DNA from: Oligoflexia bacterium
Lineage (GTDB): Bacteria > Bdellovibrionota > UBA1018
Length of the DNA stretch: 15,208 nucleotides
Assembly: GCA_043732485.1 (NCBI GenBank)
Contig: JAYTHP010000074.1
Coordinates: 1 to 15,208, forward strand
Direction of reading: 5' to 3'
Below, piece by piece: positions 8,753 to 15,208 of the stretch (positions are counted from its first letter, which is position 1; every line of letters begins with the position of its first letter). The position numbers and the translations under genes were made by a program. The notes below the pieces were generated by a model that saw nothing but the letters and a program-made list of their open reading frames with translations, was not told the DNA's origin and did not search any database.

Positions 8753-8774
8753 GGCTGTGAGCCGCAAAAGCCTT
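8742..8774 (+). other. Stem-loop spanning the era stop codon, upstream of the der RBS
   Basis: GGGGCTTTTG-a-GGC-tgtga-GCC-g-CAAAAGCCTT gives about 13 bp with one mismatch. Confidence 0.5.
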
Positions 8775-8791
8775 GAGGTTAAGGGAACGTT

Positions 8792-10324
8792 ATGAAATTT
8801 TTGCCACGCATCGTGATTATCGGTCGACCTAACGTCGGTAAAAGCTCACTTTTTAATCGGTTGATCTCCAAAAAACAGGCTCTGGTTCATGACTTACCGG
8901 GTGTGACCCGCGATAGGATGGAGCAGCAGGTCGATTGGTGGATTGCCGGTAAGCTGCGGACCGTTTTGATGACCGACACCGGCGGCTTAGGCGGTGAGCA
9001 GTTTCAAAACGAGATTCATTACCAGGTGTATCAGGCGTTAGAGGAGTGCCATCTCATTGTGTTCTTGCTGGATTCGAAGGTCGGGCTGACGCAACAAGAT
9101 GAGGCGCTGTTTCTTGAGCTCAATCGCTCGGGGCGCTTAAAGAAAACACCGATTTTGGCGGTCGTCAATAAGGTGGACGTCGAGCAGCATGAATCGCGGA
9201 TGGCTGATTTTTTTAGCTTAGGTTTGGAGCCGATTTTGAGTGTGTCGGCGGAGCATAATCGCGGCATTGAGACGCTCAAAGAGACGATTGTCGGGCTTTT
9301 GACTGGCTGGGACGAGCAGCCGCCGCTGGCTGCAAGGGAGCAAGATAACGAGCAGGAAGATGAGCAAGAGGACGTGCTAGAGGTGTTGCCTAGTGCACTC
9401 GAGGCCGAGGCTGAAGCAGGGACGGATTCTGAGGCGGTAGACGTCGAGCGGGCTGCTGAGGAAGCGACTGAAACTTTTTTCCCAAAAATTGCCATCCTCG
9501 GTAGGCCCAACGTCGGTAAAAGCACCCTGCTCAATGCGCTCTTGAAAGAGGAGCGGATGATTACCAGTCCGATTGCCGGCACAACGATTGATTCCGTTGA
9601 CTCTTTGATCCAGCTCAAAGAGGGCTTCTTTATTTTCATTGATACGGCAGGCATCAGGCGCAAAGGAAAAACGGCGCAAGGGGTTGAAGTGCTCTCGGTG
9701 GTGCAATCGAAAAAAGCCTTAGATCGCGCTGATGTCGCGCTCTTGCTGATTGATGCTGAGCAAGGGGTCAGTGATCAGGATGAAAAAATTGCGGGCTTAA
9801 TTGAAGAGGCGGGGTCTTCGATCATTTTGGCGGTGAATAAGTGGGATTTGCATGAAAATACGGCATTTTCCCAAGATCATGCTGTCAAACTAATTCGCGA
9901 AAGGATGGGGTTCTTGCGCTATGCACCGATCTTGTTTTTGAGTGCGAAAGAAGGCAAAGGTTTGGAACCCCTGGGGCAGCTGATTCATGAAATTCTGAGC
10001 CAAAGAAAGCTGAAGATCTCTACCCACGAGTATACCGAATGGGTGCGAGCCAAGGCCACCATTCATAATCCCATGAACGCGAAGTTTTATCTGTGTCACC
10101 AGACGAGTCGTCATCCACCGACCTTTGTGTGCCATGTCAACGACCCCAGGAAGATCCACTTCAGCTTGAAGCGCCATTTGGTAAACGCCATGCGCGAGCG
10201 ATGGGGGTTTATGGGCACTCCGCTCAGGCTGCTCTTTTTAGAGGCGCAAAATCGTCGCAGTCTGCCGCGTAATCGCAAAAAACCGCTGACGTCAGCAAGC
10301 AGTTTAGGTGCGTCTGCTCCTTAG
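8792..10324 (+). CDS. der: Ribosome biogenesis GTPase Der (EngA)
   Basis: Two tandem G domains (GRPNVGKS/DTGG/NKVD and GRPNVGKST/DTAG/NKWD) joined by an acidic linker, and a C-terminal KH-like domain (PPTF...GTPLRL). Confidence 0.97.
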   Translation: MKFLPRIVIIGRPNVGKSSLFNRLISKKQALVHDLPGVTRDRMEQQVDWWIAGKLRTVLMTDTGGLGGEQFQNEIHYQVYQALEECHLIVFLLDSKVGLTQQDEALFLELNRSGRLKKTPILAVVNKVDVEQHESRMADFFSLGLEPILSVSAEHNRGIETLKETIVGLLTGWDEQPPLAAREQDNEQEDEQEDVLEVLPSALEAEAEAGTDSEAVDVERAAEEATETFFPKIAILGRPNVGKSTLLNALLKEERMITSPIAGTTIDSVDSLIQLKEGFFIFIDTAGIRRKGKTAQGVEVLSVVQSKKALDRADVALLLIDAEQGVSDQDEKIAGLIEEAGSSIILAVNKWDLHENTAFSQDHAVKLIRERMGFLRYAPILFLSAKEGKGLEPLGQLIHEILSQRKLKISTHEYTEWVRAKATIHNPMNAKFYLCHQTSRHPPTFVCHVNDPRKIHFSLKRHLVNAMRERWGFMGTPLRLLFLEAQNRRSLPRNRKKPLTSASSLGASAP

Positions 10325-11130
10325 TAAGTAAAAAGAATGTTAGCCGTTAAGGTCAAAAAAATACCCGTCAGATTGGGGATATTGATTGACTGAAAATAAG
10401 TGACATTGTTGTCGGTATAGGGCACCAAGTGAGCCTTACCTTCAAGCTGAAAGAAAGTGCGATGAGGGTTGAGGGTAAACTCTAGTCCTGCGCCCAGCGA
10501 ACCACCGGCTGCAACATTGTTATCGGTCAGCGACGTGTTGACATAAAATTGCGTCTTGCTGTAAGCTCCGCCGCCTATTTCGATAAAGGGGCTGGCAAAG
10601 CTGATCAGACTGCTAAGATTCTTGGTCTCAATATAGTACTTCAGATTTAAGCCGGCAAACAAGATATTGACGTTGACCAACCCACCGACGCTTGCCACGG
10701 AGGTGTTGTAAAAGTGATAGGCGGTGAACACCCCCATGTCTAAAGCAAAATTAAAGTCAAACCAGTAGTGAAGCTTGACGTCAAAGACCGGAAAACCCCC
10801 TTGATACAGCAGGCCGCGATTGCCCATGACTTGCTCAAGACCGACGCCAATACTTAAGCCAAAGAATCTGCCGAACTGAAAAAAGCGCGTATCGGCTTCT
10901 TCGTCCTGGCTTTGGTTAAACTCGGCATAATCGGTAAATGGACTCTTTTGATAGTCATAGTTCTCAGAAGAATCGTGCTGCGAACCCCCGTTTGCCGCAA
11001 GCGGGTCTTGAGCCTGCGCCTGTTGAAAGACCTCACCGAGCGACAACGAGACCACTGCCGAAGACAACACGAGCAGGACAATCACCCGCAGCCCCGCCTT
11101 AAAATGACTAAAAATGAAGGATTCACTCAC
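10321..11130 (-). CDS. Putative outer-membrane beta-barrel protein
   Basis: Hydrophobic signal-like segment ending AQA|QD, then an acidic segment, then about 8 Gly/aromatic-rich amphipathic strands and a terminal aromatic (ANILFTY). GTG 11130 is proposed as the start because it puts the signal peptide near the N-terminus; the ORF extends to TTG 11226. The stop overlaps the der stop. Confidence 0.75.
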   Translation of the reverse strand: MSESFIFSHFKAGLRVIVLLVLSSAVVSLSLGEVFQQAQAQDPLAANGGSQHDSSENYDYQKSPFTDYAEFNQSQDEEADTRFFQFGRFFGLSIGVGLEQVMGNRGLLYQGGFPVFDVKLHYWFDFNFALDMGVFTAYHFYNTSVASVGGLVNVNILFAGLNLKYYIETKNLSSLISFASPFIEIGGGAYSKTQFYVNTSLTDNNVAAGGSLGAGLEFTLNPHRTFFQLEGKAHLVPYTDNNVTYFQSINIPNLTGIFLTLTANILFTY

Positions 11131-11247
11131 GCATCTTCTACGGTAACTGGCCTTGCGCCAATTGACAATCGAAATGACCAGCGAAAGCAGAGTCAGGAAA
11201 ACGAAAAAGCTTTGTGAACGGCCCAAGAATATGCGAGAACCAAGATT

Positions 11248-12000
11248 ATGACGAAGACAATGCCCTCCGACTTACTCGAACAACCAAAAACAGCGATTCA
11301 CAAGCTCTTCACCACGCGCTCAGTTTTTATTCTAGCGCTGTTGCTTTTTTTGATTCCAGCAGCTGCCATTAGTTTTTATCTCAGTCATCGCCACGAGATG
11401 AACCTGAAAGCCAACAATGCGCTTTATTTTGCGCAGAAAAAGGTGGAAACTGAATTAGACGCCGAGCTTGAGCGAAAAGAAGGCAGTCAAAAATCCGCAG
11501 GCGGTGCCATCTCTTCGCTCGATGATGAGGAAAAACAGCTACGGGTGTACGAGTTTTTTGACGTAAATCAGGTGTTTCCCGAGGGCGTGAAAGCCTTGCA
11601 GGCAGTGTCACAAGAGTTTCCCGGGACCCGCGGTGGCGCAGAAGCCCAACTGCAGCTGGGGCGTCTTTACTTCCAGCACGGTCAGTTCAAGGAGGCTTTG
11701 GAATGGTTCCAGAAAGCAGAAAAAGTCTCAAGTGGCCTGGACCGTGCGGTAGCAAGCTACTCAGTGGCGAGCTGTCAGGAGAATCTTGGGCAATTTAAAG
11801 CAGCCTTAGAAAGCTATGAAAACACGAGACTTTTTGGTGAAGTTGCTATAAAAACTGATTTATTGCTAGGGATTGCCCGTTGTCATGAAGTTTTAAAAGA
11901 CCCTGAAAAAGCAAAAACCACTTATGACAAGATCCTGGCTGATGTGCCCGATACGGAGGTAGCCAAGCTTGCTCAGTTTTTTAAAGATCAGCTGGAGTAG
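11248..12000 (+). CDS. Membrane-anchored tetratricopeptide-repeat protein (YfgM-like)
   Basis: A single N-terminal TM segment and three TPR-like repeats (AQLQLGRLYFQHGQFKEALEWFQKA, ASYSVASCQENLGQFKAALESYEN, LLLGIARCHEVLKDPEKAKTTYDKI). It sits directly upstream of a BamB-like gene. Confidence 0.85.
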   Translation: MTKTMPSDLLEQPKTAIHKLFTTRSVFILALLLFLIPAAAISFYLSHRHEMNLKANNALYFAQKKVETELDAELERKEGSQKSAGGAISSLDDEEKQLRVYEFFDVNQVFPEGVKALQAVSQEFPGTRGGAEAQLQLGRLYFQHGQFKEALEWFQKAEKVSSGLDRAVASYSVASCQENLGQFKAALESYENTRLFGEVAIKTDLLLGIARCHEVLKDPEKAKTTYDKILADVPDTEVAKLAQFFKDQLE

Positions 12001-12001
12001 C

Positions 12002-13198
12002 ATGAGTCAACGGCAAAGCCTTTCCTTGCGCTCGCGGGTCATTCCGCTTGTCTGGTTCATGACTGTGAACGGGTGCGCAAGCCATCTGGTGCATAAGGAG
12101 CTGTTTGAGGATCGCCACATTATGGTGCGCGGGGCAACGCTTGCCACCCAGGCGCTTGCCGATGCGGGTGACCACGGCGTCGAGTTCTCAAACCCGATTT
12201 TATGGGAAAATACCCTGATTTTTGGGAACCACGCTTCTGGCCTGATGGCCATTTACCCGGATACCAACGACCGCAGGTGGTTTTTGCCGGTTCGCGGAGG
12301 GGTACTCAGTGAGCTTACGGTGGGGAAAAATAACCTCTATTTTGGGGGTGGGGATGGCTTTTTTTACTCGGTCAACGCAGAAAATGGTCATATCAACTGG
12401 CGCTATGAGCTGCGTAACCCGGTGGTTTCTAAGCCGACGCTTGCCGACGGCCGGGTGTTGGTCACCGCCTCAGACGATACGGTGTATGCCTTTGATGCTG
12501 GTGCCGCCAAGTTACTATGGACTTACCGTAGGCGTACTAGCCCGGTGGCGAAGATTCTGGGCGCCTCCTCGCCGCTCGTGGTGGATCAAGATGTTTGGGT
12601 GGGGATGAGCGATGGTACTTTGGTGTCGCTTTCCTTGGAAGAGGGACAGCTCAAGACTGAAAAGCATTTGCATTCGGAATCGAAATTTACTGACATCAAC
12701 GCCCAGCCGGTCTTAGAAAAGGGTGTTTTTTACTTACCCTCCTACGACGGTGCACTTTATGCCTTGAAAAAGGAAAACGGCCAACTGATCTGGCGGTTTG
12801 ACACCGGAGGCGGCAGTCGCACCGTGAGCCTCGACGAAACGCGGGTTTATTTGCCGTCCTCCAATGGCAGGGTCTACGCTTTGCAAAAGAGTAACAGTGC
12901 GATTTTGTGGCAATTTGATTTGGATTACGGCACGCCTACCCAGATCGTTTTAGCCGACTCTTATGTCATCGTGGGATCGAGCTATCAATACCTTTACGTC
13001 CTCAACCGAGAGACTGGCAAGCCTCTTTACCGCTTCAATGCCGGGATGGGCAGCGGTTTTTCAGGATCGTTAGCGCTCGATCCTGCCCGTCGTAGGCTTT
13101 ATGCCCTGTCACAAGGCGGTAATCTCTATCAGTTTCACTTTCGTCATGGTTTGAAGAAGGCCTATCCCCATGGGGCAACGGATCCGTTTTCCTTCTAG
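12002..13198 (+). CDS. PQQ-like beta-propeller lipoprotein (BamB-like)
   Basis: ATG 12002 with SD GGAG, a basic N-region and a lipobox-like VNGC. Repeated Trp-docking blades include FYSVNAENGHINWRY, VYAFDAGAAKLLWTY and LYALKKENGQLIWRF. Confidence 0.85.
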   Translation: MSQRQSLSLRSRVIPLVWFMTVNGCASHLVHKELFEDRHIMVRGATLATQALADAGDHGVEFSNPILWENTLIFGNHASGLMAIYPDTNDRRWFLPVRGGVLSELTVGKNNLYFGGGDGFFYSVNAENGHINWRYELRNPVVSKPTLADGRVLVTASDDTVYAFDAGAAKLLWTYRRRTSPVAKILGASSPLVVDQDVWVGMSDGTLVSLSLEEGQLKTEKHLHSESKFTDINAQPVLEKGVFYLPSYDGALYALKKENGQLIWRFDTGGGSRTVSLDETRVYLPSSNGRVYALQKSNSAILWQFDLDYGTPTQIVLADSYVIVGSSYQYLYVLNRETGKPLYRFNAGMGSGFSGSLALDPARRRLYALSQGGNLYQFHFRHGLKKAYPHGATDPFSF

Positions 13199-13263
13199 GT
13201 GCCTCTTTGAGCAATTGCAAAAGCTGTTGGCCAAAGGTGTAAGCGAAAGGCCCGCAATTTTTC

Positions 13264-14055
13264 TCAAACGACGTGTCGGTGCGCTTTGCTCGGAAACTTA
13301 GTTTTTCGAATCAGCTGTCTCCAGTAGTAGGCTGCTCCAATTTCTTGGTGTAGCGGACGTCGCTGACTGCGCGTGAAGCTTTTTGCAAGCTCAATCTTAT
13401 CTTGCACCTCAAAAACGTTATGCTGTTGTTTTAAGGCGTGCTCAGCGTTGCGCCACCTCGCAAGGGCTTGCGCGGCAACGGCTGCTCTGGCGTAGTTTTT
13501 ACGCTTTTCGAGTGCCCAGTGGATACGTTGATATTTCCCGAGCTTATAGCGGATGGCTTGGGTTTGCCGCTGGGACAAATGGCGTACGCGGATAAGCTTG
13601 GTGAGGTTTTGGACGTGGCGGATGTGCTGCGCGAGCTCGGAAGGAGAAGGGTTGTGTGGGAAGGATTCCTTCACTTCGTGCCACCGCAGGAGTATCTGAG
13701 CGAGGCGCGCGGCTTTCGTATAGTTCTTTTTTTGCACTAATTGATCATAGATTTTCTGGTGCTTGGCTATTTTGTGCTCGACGAGCTTCTCTTGTGCAAG
13801 CCGCAAAGAGTCCCTGTTCAAAGGATGCTCTGTTTTTTGCGCTTGGTTTTGAGCGACGAAATCATGGTGCTTGACCGCTTGCCGGGTCTTAAGGTTGCTG
13901 TCGGCTTGGGCAGCGGTGGGCTGCAACACGGGATGGCTTCCGAGCGTGAGGGCTAATAAAACAGAAGTCAGCCGGAGAAGACCACGTTGATGCAGGCTTT
14001 TAAGGGTTAAAGAGAGTGTCGGTGTTTTCTGGGTCAGGTCTTGATAAAGTTCCAT
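13264..14055 (-). CDS. Hypothetical basic helical protein, probably exported, with a 76-aa-period internal duplication
   Basis: 263-aa ORF with a signal-like LLRLTSVLLALTLG...AAQA|D segment. Residues 95-132 align without gaps to residues 171-208, which supports real coding status. Confidence 0.7.
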   Translation of the reverse strand: MELYQDLTQKTPTLSLTLKSLHQRGLLRLTSVLLALTLGSHPVLQPTAAQADSNLKTRQAVKHHDFVAQNQAQKTEHPLNRDSLRLAQEKLVEHKIAKHQKIYDQLVQKKNYTKAARLAQILLRWHEVKESFPHNPSPSELAQHIRHVQNLTKLIRVRHLSQRQTQAIRYKLGKYQRIHWALEKRKNYARAAVAAQALARWRNAEHALKQQHNVFEVQDKIELAKSFTRSQRRPLHQEIGAAYYWRQLIRKTKFPSKAHRHVV

Positions 14056-14399
14056 ATCGACTCACTTTCTGATGGGTAAAAAAACGGGTAAGGAGAAAAA
14101 AAGCTGAGGGGTTGCCTTGAGGGGCAACAATGCTCCCACGTGCCAGTCCTTCGTGTCTTGCTTACCGGCTTGAGTTTCGATCTGCTTTATTTTCTTAAGT
14201 TTTTATGCTCAAGTCTCAAAGCCGGGCTTTGAAGGGGAGTGGTGTCGGCTACCAAGACAGTGAGTTTGCAAAAAACCTGCCAACTCACTTTCGCGTGACA
14301 CATCTTGCAAAAACGCAAGGACTTCGGGGAACAGTGAATACGCGAAAGGTGCGTTTAAGCCTACTTGGGGCGGTCATATTTTTGACAAGTGTTGATTCT

Positions 14400-14678
14400 A
14401 TTGAAGCGCCTGACCAGGAAGGGGAAGAGTCGTAAGCCCAAAAGCCAGAGCGCGCAGCGCCTAGCGGAGAGGACGCAAGTAAGTGCGTGCCTTCGCTGCG
14501 GCTGCACGCCAAGATCGAGGGCGAACCCCGCCTAAGATGGGGTGAAAGCTACTCCCTTGCCGCGGCTCGCCCCCAGGCTGGCCTTCGCTTGGGATCAGCT
14601 AAAGCCTCTGCCTAAAGCGTCCTTGCAAGCCATCCCCCCTGCGGCTGCTGCCTTGGGGGGAGCCATCTGACGCTCAAT
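14400..14678 (+). other. GC-rich, hairpin-dense non-coding element (candidate ncRNA or mobile-element relic)
   Basis: Hand-identified stems at 14450-14509, 14519-14572 (enclosing 14525-14543), 14572-14593 and 14633-14661. The ends ATTGAAGCG and CGCTCAAT are complementary. It matches no RNA family I recognise. Confidence 0.35.
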
Positions 14679-14786
14679 GCCGCTCCATTGCCTACCCTGC
14701 TATCTTCACCGCTCGTTCGTGGTCTTCGCTGTTAGCAAGAGACTAAGCAAAAAAAGGCAATTGCGAAACAGGGTTATATGGGCAGC

Positions 14787-15200
14787 TTACGACAAACCAG
14801 CGTGCATCCGGCTGGCGCAGATTTGCTCCATCGCGAACCAGAGTTCCTTAATGAAGGGCAGCAGAGCCTCCATGTTGTACTTCGGGGGCCTACCACGCCC
14901 TGCGAGAATGGCTTTCCCTGATGCCAGCCGTGCTTCTAAATCCTTTAATTCTATGACTCAATACGCAGTGATACTCTGAGAGTCACGTAATAACTGTCTT
15001 TTTCTTGCTTTTATCGCCCCATGGTCAATTTTTGCTAATCCTATGATGTGTTCGGGCAATCCCTGGTTGGTCAAGTCTGTCCTCCTTGAAAAGTGTGTCA
15101 AAGCTTGGCGGCTTAACCACTTTCTCAGACTGACAGTGTTTTGGGCAACCAGGGATCTCACTGCCAATACTTTTCCTCCCGTCAAAAACCTGACTGACAT
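14787..15200 (-). pseudogene. Degraded, truncated N-terminal fragment of an integrase-core (DDE) transposase
   Basis: Reading through the TGA at 14958-14960 gives KARKRQLLRDSQSITAY*VIELKDLEARLASGKAILAGRGRPPKYNMEALLPFIKELWFAMEQICASRMHAGLS*. The 'GRPxKY...LW....C.xR....L' pattern recalls the N-terminus of rve-type transposases. The resemblance is confined to about 14787-15011, and no catalytic domain follows. Confidence 0.6.
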
Positions 15201-15208
15201 TATATATG

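Noticed and set aside
9310..9475. Long acidic stretch in Der as a novel insertion
   Set aside because: A variable acidic linker between the two G domains is a known Der/EngA feature.
9031..9663. 210-aa antisense ORF inside der, and similar shadow ORFs (225-608, 3204-3677, 12309-12608, 13438-13740)
   Set aside because: They lie wholly within well-supported genes on the opposite strand or in another frame, and show no motifs. They are explained by the codon bias of the real genes.
14382..14410. TTGACA at 14382 as a promoter for the structured element (also TTGACA at 11162)
   Set aside because: No acceptable -10 hexamer lies at 16-18 nt spacing in either case.
14400..14678. Assignment of the structured region to RNase P RNA, SRP RNA, tmRNA, a cobalamin riboswitch, a group II intron or a retron ncRNA
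   Set aside because: Only fragmentary resemblances exist (e.g. GGGGTGAAAG, AAGCCAG). The diagnostic motifs are absent (GAGGAAAGTCC with its 3' P4 partner, the SRP GGAA-loop helix, tRNA-like ends, intron domain V), and there is no reverse transcriptase in the window.
14958..14960. In-frame TGA as selenocysteine or an alternative genetic code
   Set aside because: TGA is the normal stop of mnmA, rnc and era here, and the reading frame is truncated shortly afterwards anyway. Pseudogenisation is the simpler explanation.
14205..14979. Short ORFs 14205-14435, 14285-14512 and 14677-14979 as genes
   Set aside because: They have no convincing RBS or motifs. The last is antisense to the transposase-like remnant.
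1..15208. CRISPR array, tRNA/rRNA genes, defence or toxin-antitoxin systems
   Set aside because: No regularly spaced 25-45-nt repeats, tRNA/rRNA signatures, or nuclease/RT/toxin motifs were seen by eye.

Overview
Bacterial chromosomal window of roughly balanced GC, mostly housekeeping genes, with transposase traces at both edges. On the minus strand are a Pro/Ser/Thr-rich hypothetical protein, bifunctional nnr (NAD(P)HX repair) and tsaE, followed by what appears to be the start of an IS5-like transposase running off the left edge. On the plus strand are a cysteine-free Rrf2 regulator, a group I cysteine desulfurase and mnmA (the Bacillus cymR-yrvO-mnmA layout), then rnc-era-der. Next come a convergent outer-membrane beta-barrel gene, a YfgM-like TPR protein and a BamB-like beta-propeller lipoprotein, which indicate a diderm. 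A Bdellovibrionota/deltaproteobacterial-type host is my guess only. The right ~2 kb is accessory: a basic, probably exported protein with a 76-aa internal duplication, a ~280-nt hairpin-dense non-coding stretch, and a stop-interrupted transposase remnant. I cannot demonstrate a complete novel system. The best leads are the structured element at 14400-14678, the adjacent repeat protein, the Cys-less Rrf2/desulfurase/CxxC-type MnmA module with a candidate operator, and a possibly leaderless rnc. All family calls come from motif recognition by eye; no searches were run.
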